From contig CAZPFY010000003.1 in assembly GCA_964586045.1 (NCBI GenBank), forward strand, positions 1 to 54,549: a stretch of DNA of 54,549 bases. The letters are read 5' to 3'. Of the stretch, positions 8,404 to 18,597 are shown piece after piece (the stretch's first letter is position 1; each line of letters begins with the position of its first letter). The notes beneath the pieces were generated by a model. The model saw only the letters and a list, made by a program, of their open reading frames with translations. It had not been told where the DNA came from and searched no databases. A program made the position numbers and the translations under genes. The DNA comes from an uncultured Pseudomonadales bacterium. GTDB taxonomy: Bacteria > Patescibacteriota > Microgenomatia > UBA1400 > MFAQ01.

Positions 8404-9456
8404 GTGGGAATAAGGAAATTAAGCTTAACTGATTTTAGAAATTATGAGATAAAAGAAATAGATTTTGGTGATGGAGTGAACGTGATTTTTGGGGAAAATG
8501 CTAAAGGGAAAACGAATATTTTGGAGGCGGTTTATTTGATTAGTATTGGAGAAAGTTTTAGGGCCAGGCGTACTGAAGAAATGGTGAGGTTTGGGATGGA
8601 ACTTGGAAAAGTGAAAGCGGATGTTGTCTGGGAGAATGGAGACTGTCAGGATATAGAAGTGATGGTAAATGGAGGAATAGTGATGGGAAAAGTGGTAAAC
8701 AAAAGAAAGTACCTAATTGATGGTGTGTCTCGAAGGAGGAAAGATCTGCTGGGTTTGGTGCCGGTGGTGATTTTTCGTCCTGAGGATGTGGAACTGGTTA
8801 GTGGTTCGGCGGATATTCGAAGAAAATTTATGGATAGACTATTGATTCAAGTTGACAAGGTATATGAGAATAGCATCACGACTTACGAACAAGCTCTTAA
8901 AAGAAGAAATAAAATATTGGACGCGATTAGAGACGGGTCGGCAAATAGATATGCTTTGACTTTTTGGGATTCTCTTTTGATTAAACATGGTAATGTGGTA
9001 ACGGTGAAAAGACAGGAATTGGTGCAGTACATTAATGATTTGTTTGCTAGGAGCGAGCTGTTCAAAAAAATAAAACTTAATTATGAAATGAGTACTATAA
9101 GTGAGTCGCGGCTAAATCAGTATAAGGATGCGGAGGTGGCTGTAGGATACACTTTGGTAGGGCCACACAAAGACGATTTGGTAGTAAATGAAGGCGAAAG
9201 GAATCTTTCGACTTTTGGATCGCGCGGAGAACAGAGAATGGCGGTTTTGGCATTGAAAATGGGGGAAATATATTTTTTGGAAGAAATGGGTAAGAAAAAA
9301 GCGTTGTTGCTTTTGGATGATATTTTTTCGGAACTGGACGCAGTTCACAAACAAGAAGTTTTGAGAGTAACCGAAGGCAGGCAGGTTATAGTAACTACAG
9401 CAGATGAGAGTGACGCCTCAATGTTTAAAAAAGCGAAGAGAATTGATTTGGATTAA
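8404..9456 (+). CDS. recF: DNA replication and repair protein RecF
   Basis: GTG start; Walker A GENAKGKTN, signature FGSRGEQRM, Walker B LLLDDIFSELD; TGaTATACT box 6 nt upstream of the start. Confidence 0.9.
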   Translation: MGIRKLSLTDFRNYEIKEIDFGDGVNVIFGENAKGKTNILEAVYLISIGESFRARRTEEMVRFGMELGKVKADVVWENGDCQDIEVMVNGGIVMGKVVNKRKYLIDGVSRRRKDLLGLVPVVIFRPEDVELVSGSADIRRKFMDRLLIQVDKVYENSITTYEQALKRRNKILDAIRDGSANRYALTFWDSLLIKHGNVVTVKRQELVQYINDLFARSELFKKIKLNYEMSTISESRLNQYKDAEVAVGYTLVGPHKDDLVVNEGERNLSTFGSRGEQRMAVLALKMGEIYFLEEMGKKKALLLLDDIFSELDAVHKQEVLRVTEGRQVIVTTADESDASMFKKAKRIDLD

Positions 9457-9460
9457 AAAA

Positions 9461-9721
9461 TTATTCGGTGATTTTTTTGCTGATTTTGGTGAGTTGGTAG
9501 GAAACAAAAACGGCAAAGATGGTGATGAGAATGGCGTAGATAAAAAGGGAGAGAGCACCTGAACCCTTGGAAAAGTAGGGCTTGATATAGACGTTGACGT
9601 ATTCCGTAATGGCTTCGTTCCAGGCTAAGGCAGCAACCAAGCCGAGAGAAGAAGTGGCTAAGGTAAGGGTTTGGGCGAGGATTTTGAGATGAACTTGGGA
9701 AGGAGATTTCTTTTTGAGCAT
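9461..9721 (-). CDS. small membrane protein (86 aa), unknown function
   Basis: Two predicted TM helices; TATAAT (9733-9728, minus strand) 6 nt before the ATG. Confidence 0.5.
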   Translation of the reverse strand: MLKKKSPSQVHLKILAQTLTLATSSLGLVAALAWNEAITEYVNVYIKPYFSKGSGALSLFIYAILITIFAVFVSYQLTKISKKITE

Positions 9722-9732
9722 AGATATATTAT

Positions 9733-9770
9733 AAAACTCAAAAACTCAAAAAACCAAAAACTCAAAATGA
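9733..9770 (+). repeat. A-rich oligo-repeat R4 (divergent intergenic region)
   Basis: aaaactcaaaaactcaaaaaaccaaaaactcaaaatga; its left edge abuts the -10 box of the minus-strand gene 9461..9721. Confidence 0.8.
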
Positions 9771-9843
9771 GGTGTTGATACAAGAGCTATCTGCGCATAT
9801 AAACGCTGCGCTTGTTGTTGACTTGATATAAAATACATGTGAA

Positions 9844-10710
9844 ATGAAAATAGAGAAATTTGAGGAAAGATGGTTTTTGGAATCAAAAACTTTTAAAGAG
9901 GCAAAAAGTAAATTTTCTGGTGGCCAAGTAACGATTGTTGGGGGAAGTAATTTGTTTCATGGGGCACCAATAATGGCTCTAAAAGCTTGTAGTAGAGTTG
10001 TGGGAATGGTTTATTTTGCAAGTCCAAAGGATGATAAAGGGGCGGCAGACATAATAAAAAGTGAGGTTCAGTCATTTGTTTGGATACCAGAAGACGACGT
10101 TGAGGGTTACATAGAAAAATCGGATGCGGTGCTTATAGGACCAGGAATGATGAGAAGCCATGTTAAAGAACATGGTTTTGTTTGTGATGATGAAGGAAAA
10201 ATAACTAGAGAAATGACACTTGGTCTATTTAAAAAGTTCCCGCAGAAAAAATGGATTGTTGATGGTGGCGCTTTGCAAGTAATACATGTGAACGAAATTC
10301 CTAAGGGGGCAATAGTGACCCCAAATAGTAAAGAGTTCGAGATGATTTTTGGGATTAAGCAGCCAGAAGAAGTTGAAAAGAGGGGTGAATTAATTTTTAA
10401 AACTGCAAAAGAAAATGGAATTGTAATTTTGATAAAAGATGAGGTGTCGGTGGTAAGCGATGGAGAAAGAGTTGTAACAATCCCTGGAGGAAGCGATGGT
10501 TTGGTAAAGGGTGGGGTGGGGGACACAACGGCAGGTTTGGTTTTGGGATTTTTGGCAAAGGATGAACCTTTGTTGGCGGTATGCTTAGCATCCCATTTAA
10601 TAAAATTGGCTGGCAAAGAACTAATGCAAGAAAGAGGTTTGATGTTTAGCGCTCAAGATGTCGCGGAAAAGGTGCCATTGGTTTATGGAGAAATGTTGGG
10701 AAGATTGTGA
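9844..10710 (+). CDS. nnrD: ADP-dependent NAD(P)H-hydrate dehydratase (YjeF C-terminal/carbohydrate kinase family)
   Basis: 288 aa; GGQVTIVGGS, GPGM, C-terminal GGVGDTTAGLVLGFLA motif. Confidence 0.75.
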   Translation: MKIEKFEERWFLESKTFKEAKSKFSGGQVTIVGGSNLFHGAPIMALKACSRVVGMVYFASPKDDKGAADIIKSEVQSFVWIPEDDVEGYIEKSDAVLIGPGMMRSHVKEHGFVCDDEGKITREMTLGLFKKFPQKKWIVDGGALQVIHVNEIPKGAIVTPNSKEFEMIFGIKQPEEVEKRGELIFKTAKENGIVILIKDEVSVVSDGERVVTIPGGSDGLVKGGVGDTTAGLVLGFLAKDEPLLAVCLASHLIKLAGKELMQERGLMFSAQDVAEKVPLVYGEMLGRL

Positions 10711-10740
10711 TTCACCGCAAAATATGCGAAAATAAAAGAA

Positions 10741-11841
10741 GTGTTTTTCCCAAAGTACGAAATATCTACCCGATTGCTGAATAGCCTGATAAAAGTGGAG
10801 GTTGATTTGAACATATTAAGAAACATAGAGATTCCGACTGAGTGGCAATTTCGCTTAAAGAAAGAAGTTTTGGCTAAGAGGCTGACAAGTAGTTTGAGGT
10901 TTGTAGACATTGACTTGAGTAGTGAGCTAATTGGAAAAATATTGGTTGATGATCCAGGGCGAGATGAGAGCGTTGCCGAGATAGCTTTACGTTTAGGAGT
11001 TGCGGTAAAGGAGAGAGATTTACAAGCGGTTATAAACTGGCTAAATGGTCAAAGACTGGTTGATCAGATTGTATATTTGTCGACTAAATTTAGACAAAAT
11101 GAAGTGGGTGAAAAAGAACTGGTACAGTTAAATAAATTAGTTGGGGAGAGGCTGGTAAGTGTTGAAAGTTTGGGTTCGTGGAGAACGGATTCTTTTGTGG
11201 AGGGCTCGGTACTCGATCACCCTAAGTCTCACGAGGTGCCATACCAACTAGAAGATTTGCTGAACTGGAATAAAAACGTGACAGTGGAGACTATTCATCC
11301 TGTATTAAGATCGGTAATTTTGTTTGGGGAACTACTTAGAATAAGACCTTTTTTGCACAATAATTTGCAGACAGTTACTTTTTTTTGTCAGTTAATTTTG
11401 GGTGCGTCTGGTTACGATATGACTTATTGTGTTTTGGAAGAAGAATTGTTTAAAAATAAACACAACTTATTTGAAGTTGTGGCAAAGATGAATGATTCGG
11501 GTAGTGGTTGTGGGGAGCTTATGGAATATGTGGTTGGCGGTATGGCTGTAGCTTGTGAAAAAGCGAGATTGAAAGTATTGAGTGCTACAGGAGAGTCGGT
11601 TAAATATAAGACAGAGGCTGGGCGAGCTGTAGCGCTGACAGAGCGACAGGTGGCACTTATGGAAGAATTGACGGTAAAAAATCAGCTTACAATAAAAGAA
11701 CTTCGTCAAGTATTGCCTTTGGTGTCTGACGATACTATTTTGAGAGACCTTAAGGACTTGGTGGGAAAGAAAATGATAAGAAAGAGAGGAAAGACAAAGG
11801 GAGCGGTGTATGTATTAGGAAAGGCAAAAGGTTTAAGTTGA
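10741..11841 (+). CDS. Fic-family-like protein with degenerate active-site motif and C-terminal winged-helix
   Basis: GTG start. RPFLHNNLQTV occupies the place of HPFxxGNGR, so the catalytic His is absent. C-terminus LTIKELRQVLPLVSDDTILRDLKDLVGKKMI looks like a DeoR/wHTH. Confidence 0.4.
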   Translation: MFFPKYEISTRLLNSLIKVEVDLNILRNIEIPTEWQFRLKKEVLAKRLTSSLRFVDIDLSSELIGKILVDDPGRDESVAEIALRLGVAVKERDLQAVINWLNGQRLVDQIVYLSTKFRQNEVGEKELVQLNKLVGERLVSVESLGSWRTDSFVEGSVLDHPKSHEVPYQLEDLLNWNKNVTVETIHPVLRSVILFGELLRIRPFLHNNLQTVTFFCQLILGASGYDMTYCVLEEELFKNKHNLFEVVAKMNDSGSGCGELMEYVVGGMAVACEKARLKVLSATGESVKYKTEAGRAVALTERQVALMEELTVKNQLTIKELRQVLPLVSDDTILRDLKDLVGKKMIRKRGKTKGAVYVLGKAKGLS

Positions 11842-11853
11842 TATACTATCTGT

Positions 11854-13590
11854 ATGCTGTTTAGAGAATTTGCTGAGTATTTAGAAAAATTGGAGAAGAT
11901 ATCTTCTCGATTGGAGATTACTACATTGCTTGCGGAACTTATTAAAAAGTTTGAGCCAGGTGAGGCAGCAAAAGGTATCTACTTGACCCAAGGCCTGTTG
12001 GGTCCGATATTTGACAATAGAGAATTCAGTATGGCGGCTAAGATGGTAATTCGATCGGTGGCCTTGGCTTTTGAAAAAAGTGCTGAGGTTGTAGAAAAAG
12101 AGTATAAAAGAGTTGGGGACTTGGGTGAAGTGGTCGTAAATTACGGGGTGGATAAAAAAACGAAGAATATTAGTTTGACTGAGGTTTTTGAAGATTTGAG
12201 AACGATTGCTTATTTTGAGGGTGCTGGTAGCCAAGAATTGAAAGTAGGCAAGCTTTCGGAGCTAATTGGGAAGATATCTTTTTTAGAAGGAAAGTTTGTA
12301 GTGAGAATGGTGATGGGTAAATTGCGTTTGGGTTTCTCGGAGAAAACGGTTTTTGATGCTCTATCGCAGATAGAAAGCGGAAATAAATCCTTGAGAAAAG
12401 AAATGGATAAAGTTTATCAATTGTATCCGGACTCTGGAGAAATAGTGAGAGCTTTTAAGGAAGATGGTTCAGGTGGACTAAAAAAAATTAAAGTGAAAGT
12501 GGGGGTGCCGATTGTCCCAGCTCTTTGCCAACGACTTAATACCTACGAGGAGATAGTGAAAAATATGGGTGAAGTAGCGATTGAGCCGAAATATGATGGA
12601 ACAAGAGTGCAGATACATTTTAAAAAAACCAAAAACTCAAAAAATCAAAATGATGTTTTGATAAAGAGTTTTACGAGGAATTTGGAGGAGAGTAGTGCGA
12701 TGTTTCCGGAGCTTAAAAAAATGGCAGAGTACACAAACGCTGACGAGCTAATTTTGGACTGTGAGGCAGTGGGGTATGATCCAAAAACAGGGAGAATATT
12801 GAACTTTCAGGAAACAATAACGAGAAAACGAAAACATGGAGTAGAAGAAGCAGCGGCTAGTGTGCCATTGAGGTTTTTTGTTTTTGATGTTTTGTTTTGG
12901 AATGGGGAGAGCTTGCTTTCTAAAAACTACTTTGAAAGAAGAGAGTTGCTAAAAAAAATAATTTTGAAAAATGAGACTTTGGTGGTTGATGAGTTTGTAA
13001 AAACTAATAATCCGATAGAACTTGAAGAAATTCACACTCGATTTTTGGAGGAGGGATATGAGGGGGCTGTAATGAAGATGTGGAGTGGTGAGTATTTGCC
13101 TGGTAGACAAGGTTGGAACTGGGTAAAAATTAAAGAGGCGGAAGGAACAAGTGGAAAACTGGCCGATACATTTGATCTTGTGGTTTTGGGTTATTACTAC
13201 GGAAGAGGTAAGAGGGCTGGTTTTGGTATGGGTGCTTTTTTGGCGGGATTAAAAAAAGGGGAAGAGTGGGTGTCGATAGCCAAAATAGGAACAGGGCTGA
13301 CAGACTTGGAGTTTAAAGAGTTGAGAAAAAGATTGGATGCGCTTGAGTTGCAAAAGAAGCCTGAAAACTTTTTGGTAGAAGATATTTTGGCCCCAGATGT
13401 ATGGGTTAGTCCTAAGGTAGTAGTTGAAATTGCGGCAGACGAAGTAACCAAAAGCCCATCTCACTCTGGAGGACTAGCTTTACGATTTCCCAGACTGGTT
13501 CGATTTAGAGATGATAAGGGAGCAGAACAATCTACGGGTTGGGAGGAAATATTAAGTATTGCAAAGATATCGGGGAATGAAATAAGTTAA
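11854..13590 (+). CDS. lig: ATP-dependent DNA ligase (archaeal/eukaryal Lig1-like, with N-terminal DNA-binding domain)
   Basis: 578 aa; adenylation motif I EPKYDGTR, motifs EGAVMK and WVKIK; TGaTATACT 6 nt before the ATG; repeat R5 in frame just after motif I. Confidence 0.9.
   Translation: MLFREFAEYLEKLEKISSRLEITTLLAELIKKFEPGEAAKGIYLTQGLLGPIFDNREFSMAAKMVIRSVALAFEKSAEVVEKEYKRVGDLGEVVVNYGVDKKTKNISLTEVFEDLRTIAYFEGAGSQELKVGKLSELIGKISFLEGKFVVRMVMGKLRLGFSEKTVFDALSQIESGNKSLRKEMDKVYQLYPDSGEIVRAFKEDGSGGLKKIKVKVGVPIVPALCQRLNTYEEIVKNMGEVAIEPKYDGTRVQIHFKKTKNSKNQNDVLIKSFTRNLEESSAMFPELKKMAEYTNADELILDCEAVGYDPKTGRILNFQETITRKRKHGVEEAAASVPLRFFVFDVLFWNGESLLSKNYFERRELLKKIILKNETLVVDEFVKTNNPIELEEIHTRFLEEGYEGAVMKMWSGEYLPGRQGWNWVKIKEAEGTSGKLADTFDLVVLGYYYGRGKRAGFGMGAFLAGLKKGEEWVSIAKIGTGLTDLEFKELRKRLDALELQKKPENFLVEDILAPDVWVSPKVVVEIAADEVTKSPSHSGGLALRFPRLVRFRDDKGAEQSTGWEEILSIAKISGNEIS
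12622..12653 (+). repeat. A-rich oligo-repeat R5 (in frame in the DNA ligase gene)
   Basis: aaaaaaaccaaaaactcaaaaaatcaaaatga, translated KKTKNSKNQND. Confidence 0.8.
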
Positions 13591-13619
13591 AAACTCAAAA
13601 AATCAAAAACTCAAAATGA
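13589..13619 (+). repeat. A-rich oligo-repeat R6 (intergenic, consensus copy)
   Basis: aaaaactcaaaaaatcaaaaactcaaaatga, beginning inside the ligase stop codon. Confidence 0.85.
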
Positions 13620-13663
13620 TGTTTGTTGGTTACAGGAGGTGGTAGGTGTATTAGAATAGAGGG

Positions 13664-14296
13664 ATGGAAACTATAAAAAAGCTGGTGGATGTTTTTTTGC
13701 ACATAGATAAAAATTTGGCAATGGTTACTAGCCAGTATGGCTTTTTGACTTATGGTATCTTGTTTTTAGTTGTTTTTATGGAAACGGGATTTGTGGTAAC
13801 ACCTTTTTTGCCTGGGGATTCCTTGCTTTTTGCCTCTGGAGCTTTGGCGGCTTTGGGTAGTTTTAATTTTTGGATTTTATATCCCCTGATGCTTGTGGCA
13901 GCGATTGTAGGGGATACAGTTAATTATTGGATAGGGGACAAATTTGAGAAAAGTGTTTTTGACGGTAGAAGTAAGATATTTAAGAAAGAGTACTTGGAAC
14001 AAGCAGAAGAGTTTTATGCTAAGCACGGGGGGAAAGCCATTGTGTTTGCTCGCTTTGTTCCTATTGTTCGTACCTTTGCTCCATTTGTCGCTGGTATAAG
14101 TAAAATGCACTATGCGGATTTTATTAAATATAATATGGTTGGTGGATTTTTGTGGGTTACCTTGTTTCTGGGTGGAGGATTTTTGTTTGGGAACTTGCCT
14201 GTGGTAAAAGAAAACTTTCACTATATGGTTTTGGGAATAATTGCGGTGTCGGTTGTTCCTATTTTTGTAGAGATTGCCAAGAGAAAGAAAAAGTAA
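13664..14296 (+). CDS. DedA family membrane protein
   Basis: 210 aa; VTPFLPGDSLLFASGALAA and FARFVPIVRTFAPFVAG motifs; TAGAAT 6 nt before the ATG. Confidence 0.85.
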   Translation: METIKKLVDVFLHIDKNLAMVTSQYGFLTYGILFLVVFMETGFVVTPFLPGDSLLFASGALAALGSFNFWILYPLMLVAAIVGDTVNYWIGDKFEKSVFDGRSKIFKKEYLEQAEEFYAKHGGKAIVFARFVPIVRTFAPFVAGISKMHYADFIKYNMVGGFLWVTLFLGGGFLFGNLPVVKENFHYMVLGIIAVSVVPIFVEIAKRKKK

Positions 14297-14315
14297 AGTG
14301 TGCTTTAATTAAGTT

Positions 14316-15278
14316 ATGGTAGGGGAAATACTAAAAGGCTTTTTTCTGATATTGTTGTTGGTTTTTGCTTCTGGTGTGGCCGTCGATATTTTTGAAAAAA
14401 TTGCTCATGAGATAAAAATAAACAAATTGCTTTTGGCGACTTTTTTGGTTAGTTTTTCAACATCGCTGCCTGAGTTTTCGGTAGGTATTGTTTCAGCTTT
14501 GAGAGGAGAGCCACAAATTGCTTTGGGAAATTTGATTGGGGCAAATTTAGCCAATTTGAGCTGGATAATTGGAGGAGCAGCTATTGTAGCGGGAACAATT
14601 CCGGTAATTGGAGATTATTTAAGGAAGGATCTGTGGATGACGATGGGAATGGCAATGTTGCCATTTTTTATGATGACCGATGGTGAATTGTCTCGCCTGG
14701 AAGGATTCTTGCTTGTTGGTATTTATTTTTATTACGCAAAAACAATGGTTAATTATACTGAGGTGTTGAAGCATAGTAAGCTTAAGATTCACAAAAAAAC
14801 ACATTGGAAAATTAAAGGCCATTGGAATTGGATTGGCCAGATTGTTTTGCTTTTAGGCGCTTTGGTGATAATGGCAATATCCTCTCATTATTTAATTGAG
14901 GTGGCATTGCTAGCGACAGAGACGCTAGGAGTTAATGCCTACTGGGTAGGACTGCTTATTATTTCTTTGGGGACAACTTTACCGGAGTTGGTTTTGTCTC
15001 TTTTTGCTGCCAAACAGGGTGATGTTTCGCTGTTGCTTGGAAATATTTTGGGTAGTGTAGTTGTTAACTCGACTTTTATTTTGGGAATCATAGCGATAAT
15101 TACACCGGTTGTTTTTGAATCTTCTGTCCAAAAAGGGGTGTCGGGATTGTTTTTGATAGTAATTTTGGGGCTTTTTTGGCTTTTTACGAAATCAAAACGA
15201 AAGTTGGAAAGGTGGGAGGGGCTAACCTTGGTAGGGATTTACTTGATGTTTGTAGGATTGCAATTTTTGGTGGTTTGA
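14316..15278 (+). CDS. Ca2+/Na+ antiporter (CaCA family, YrbG-like)
   Basis: 320 aa polytopic; two alpha-repeats GNLIGANLANL and GNILGSVVVNSTFILG; TGcTTTAAT 6 nt before the ATG. Confidence 0.75.
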   Translation: MVGEILKGFFLILLLVFASGVAVDIFEKIAHEIKINKLLLATFLVSFSTSLPEFSVGIVSALRGEPQIALGNLIGANLANLSWIIGGAAIVAGTIPVIGDYLRKDLWMTMGMAMLPFFMMTDGELSRLEGFLLVGIYFYYAKTMVNYTEVLKHSKLKIHKKTHWKIKGHWNWIGQIVLLLGALVIMAISSHYLIEVALLATETLGVNAYWVGLLIISLGTTLPELVLSLFAAKQGDVSLLLGNILGSVVVNSTFILGIIAIITPVVFESSVQKGVSGLFLIVILGLFWLFTKSKRKLERWEGLTLVGIYLMFVGLQFLVV

Positions 15279-16130
15279 TTATTCTTCGAACTCAATAAGG
15301 GATTGAAGTTGTTCCAGTATTTTTTGTTTTTTGATTGGCTTGTTGAGAAAAAGGTCAAGTTTGGTTATCAGATTGTCATCTGATGATTTTTTGAAAGCTT
15401 TACCACCCATTGGATATTCTTGTTTTTGATCAATGGGTTGTTTGGTTAGATATTTAAGAAGTAACGTGGCAGATTTTTGTATTACCTTGATTGTCCCGTG
15501 AGCGTGATATCGGCGGAGAGAAACAATAAAGCGGGGATCGTGGATAACTCTAAAAGAGTGGCCATTTTTATACACCCTTCGAACGAAGTCTGTATCTTCG
15601 GCAAATCCAATTTTGGGGTCAAACCCGGTTGTTTTTTTGAAAACTGAGTTTTTACATCCTATCATGGCACCCAACCCGGTAGGATTTTTGGTAAGCAAAC
15701 TAGCTTCCAGTAGTAAATTGAGGCTGGTTGCGATAGTTTTGTCCTTTTGATTGTTCGTTTCGGGGAGAACCCAGCAAGTAAAAGCATCTGTTGGTTTATA
15801 TATTAACTGATAGTGAAGACCTTCCAAAAAATATTTTGGGAGTCGGTTGTCGGCATCGCTAAAAATAAGATATTCTCCTCGGGATAGTTTGGCGCCCATA
15901 TTTCTCTGGATAGAAACATTCCTTCTGGTGGAGCTTGTGACTTTTAGTGATGGTATTTTGTTAACGTATTCGCTTGCTTTTTTGAAAGTTTGGTCATCTG
16001 AGTGTCCATCGACTATGGTAACTTCGAAGCTCTGAAAGGTTTGATTGATTAGATCGTCAAGCAGCTTAGGAAGGTATTTTTCTTCGTTGAGAGCGGGGAT
16101 GATTATTGAAAAAAAAGGTCTTTGGGGCAT
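15279..16130 (-). CDS. glycosyltransferase family 2
   Basis: SIIIPALNEEKYL..VDGHSDDQT. Start set at the ATG at 16130 (TATAAT 16143-16138, 7 nt upstream), because the 15 extra codons of ORF 15279..16175 are just the reverse complement of repeat R7. Confidence 0.8.
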   Translation of the reverse strand: MPQRPFFSIIIPALNEEKYLPKLLDDLINQTFQSFEVTIVDGHSDDQTFKKASEYVNKIPSLKVTSSTRRNVSIQRNMGAKLSRGEYLIFSDADNRLPKYFLEGLHYQLIYKPTDAFTCWVLPETNNQKDKTIATSLNLLLEASLLTKNPTGLGAMIGCKNSVFKKTTGFDPKIGFAEDTDFVRRVYKNGHSFRVIHDPRFIVSLRRYHAHGTIKVIQKSATLLLKYLTKQPIDQKQEYPMGGKAFKKSSDDNLITKLDLFLNKPIKKQKILEQLQSLIEFEE

Positions 16131-16142
16131 AAAGCCTATTAT

Positions 16143-16178
16143 AAAACCCAAAAACCCAAAAAACCAAAAACTCAAAAT
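16143..16178 (+). repeat. A-rich oligo-repeat R7 (divergent intergenic region)
   Basis: aaaacccaaaaacccaaaaaaccaaaaactcaaaat; shares the left flank ttataaaac with R4. Confidence 0.8.
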
Positions 16179-16244
16179 AAGGTAGTGAGATAAGTGCTTA
16201 CTTGATAAACGCTACGCTTGTATCAGCTTGATATAATTCATAAT

Positions 16245-16766
16245 ATGAAACTAATTGTAGGTTTGGGAAATATTGGGAAAGAGTATGTCAATACTAGGCA
16301 CAATGCTGGATTTATGGCAATTGAGAAACTGTTGGCTGGGCAGATAGCAAGGCCAGATAGTAAGTTTGAGGCCGAAGTTTTTAAGGCAGGGGAGATGCTT
16401 CTTTGTAAACCAACAACCTTTATGAATGATTCTGGTAGGGCGGTACGGAAAATAATGGATTTTTATAAGTTGAGTACTGAAGATGTTGCAATAATTCATG
16501 ACGATCTCGATATTGAACTTGGAGAATATAAAATACAAAAAGGGGTTGGCCCTAAAGTTCACAATGGGGTAACTTCGGTTGAACAAGCGCTCGGAACGAA
16601 AGATTTTTTGAGAGTGAGGCTGGGAATTAACAATAGGTCGGAAAGCGGATTTGGTGGGAGTGGTGCAGATTATGTATTGACTCGGTTTACGAGTGATGAA
16701 CTGGAAATAATTGGCGACACAATTGAAGAAGCAATGGATGAGTTAGTTGTAGCTTTGAGCCTGTAG
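16245..16766 (+). CDS. pth: peptidyl-tRNA hydrolase
   Basis: MKLIVGLGNIGKEYVNTRHNAGF N-terminus; start set at ATG 16245 (TGaTATAAT 16229-16237, 7 nt upstream) rather than TTG 16218. Confidence 0.9.
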   Translation: MKLIVGLGNIGKEYVNTRHNAGFMAIEKLLAGQIARPDSKFEAEVFKAGEMLLCKPTTFMNDSGRAVRKIMDFYKLSTEDVAIIHDDLDIELGEYKIQKGVGPKVHNGVTSVEQALGTKDFLRVRLGINNRSESGFGGSGADYVLTRFTSDELEIIGDTIEEAMDELVVALSL

Positions 16767-18554
16767 ACTAAATAGTTCGTGATAGCGAGATTTGTTTTTC
16801 ATTAATTGATTGTGGCTACCTTCTTCAACAAGAACTCCCTGTTCAATAACGAGAATTTTATCGGCTTTGCGGACAGTGCTGAAGCGATGTGAAACTAAGA
16901 TGATCATTTTGTTTTTGTCAATTTTTATTATCGACTCAAAGATTTTTTCTTCTGATTCTGGGTCGACATTGGAGGTTGGTTCGTCGAGAATGATCATATG
17001 GGCATCTCGATAGAGGGTTCTGGCGAGAGCAATTCGCTGCCATTGACCTTTGCTGGGCTCGATGCCTTTGGCAAATTCTTTATCTAGAGGATTACTATAC
17101 TTGAGAGGGAGGCTGTCTACAAATTTGTCCATGTCAGTATATTTGGCGACCTTTTTGATTTCCTTTAGTTTTAATTTTTTCTTGACATCTCCAAAGTGGA
17201 TGTTGTCTTTGGCGGAGAAGGGATACTGGGCAAAGTCCTGGAAGAGAGCAGCAATGGCATGGCGATATGATTCTAGATCGTATTCAAAAATATTCCGACC
17301 GTTAAGAAGTATTTCTCCTTTTTGGGGTTCGTAAAAGCGACATATAATTTTGATGAGGGTAGTTTTGCCCGCGCCGTTTTCACCAACAATAGCGGTATTT
17401 TCGGTAGGATTGATGGTAAAAGAAAGATCCTTGAGATTCCAGTCGGGTGAACTTTGGTATTTGAACCAGACATTTTTGAAAACCAAACCAGATTCAATTT
17501 TTTCTGGCAAATTAACACCGGAGATTTGTTCGTCTGGTAGATTTATAAAGTTTTCGTAGTCGTTAATAAAGGTGTAGTTTTGATATAAATCACTGGACTC
17601 ACGAATAAGGCGTGCGACATAGTTTGTAAAACGATTGATGGAGCTGCTAGTAGTTTGAGCGGTACCGAGAGTCATTTGCTTGATGATGGCCAGATAAAAA
17701 AGATAGACACGAGTGCCGTTTTCGAAAAGGATGAGTGGGGCAGAGTAAACTCTTTGAAGTTTGCTGTACTTAAGGCGGTGTTTCTCGTTGTCCTTGTAGT
17801 ACTGAATGGCCATTTTGAGGCGGCGATTAAGAAGAATATTGACATGGTTTAAAATTTTGTTTTCGTACAAATAGCGTCCTTTTGTAGCAAAGTCATCAAG
17901 TGCTGCCCAAATCCGCCATTGGGGAGCATAGTGGTTTCTAATCGCTCTCCAGGCGTTTGTTCTCTTGATGCCGAGACTGATGCGTGGGATTGCGAGGAGG
18001 ATGGCGGGGACAACAATGAGGGGCTGGAATTTTAAGATGAGGATTGAGGTACTAATGAGGCCAAAAAAGATTGAGGGAAAAGAACCGAGAGGATTGATGA
18101 TGGCCCAAATAGAGTTTCCTGAAGAATCTTGAACTTTTTGAAAAGTATTTCTGATTTCTGGGTTTTCGGCTTGTGGAACTGAGAGGGAATTGATCTTTCT
18201 ACTAAGTTTAATGTTGATGGTCTCTTTTATGAGACCTGATAGAGTGTTGGAATATACATCGGCGTAGTCGTTGATTAGTTGTTGGATTTGGTTGATGCAG
18301 ATAGTAATGAGGGTAAGTATCAAAATTGTTTGAAGGGGCTGTATGTAGTCACCTGAAGTCATTCCCTTGAGAATGCTGTCCGTAATGTTTTTGGTGATAA
18401 GGAGATCTGGATAAACAAGTAGTCCGTCGATTGATCCGGCGATGGTGATAAAAAGAAAGTATTTTTTGTTTGTTTGCCAAGCTAAGAGAATCGTGGAACG
18501 ATAAGTTCTAAGAAATTTCTTTATATTTATAAGATTCAGATTTTTGATTTTCAT
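16743..18554 (-). CDS. ABC transporter, fused permease/ATPase (MsbA-like exporter)
   Basis: 603 aa; six-TM N-terminal half; Walker A GENGAGKTT, signature-like SKGQWQR, Walker B IILDEPTS. Confidence 0.9.
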   Translation of the reverse strand: MKIKNLNLINIKKFLRTYRSTILLAWQTNKKYFLFITIAGSIDGLLVYPDLLITKNITDSILKGMTSGDYIQPLQTILILTLITICINQIQQLINDYADVYSNTLSGLIKETINIKLSRKINSLSVPQAENPEIRNTFQKVQDSSGNSIWAIINPLGSFPSIFFGLISTSILILKFQPLIVVPAILLAIPRISLGIKRTNAWRAIRNHYAPQWRIWAALDDFATKGRYLYENKILNHVNILLNRRLKMAIQYYKDNEKHRLKYSKLQRVYSAPLILFENGTRVYLFYLAIIKQMTLGTAQTTSSSINRFTNYVARLIRESSDLYQNYTFINDYENFINLPDEQISGVNLPEKIESGLVFKNVWFKYQSSPDWNLKDLSFTINPTENTAIVGENGAGKTTLIKIICRFYEPQKGEILLNGRNIFEYDLESYRHAIAALFQDFAQYPFSAKDNIHFGDVKKKLKLKEIKKVAKYTDMDKFVDSLPLKYSNPLDKEFAKGIEPSKGQWQRIALARTLYRDAHMIILDEPTSNVDPESEEKIFESIIKIDKNKMIILVSHRFSTVRKADKILVIEQGVLVEEGSHNQLMKNKSRYHELFSLQAQSYN

Positions 18555-18597
18555 GAAGTGGTCAAATTAATTATAAAGAATATAAATATAAAATATA

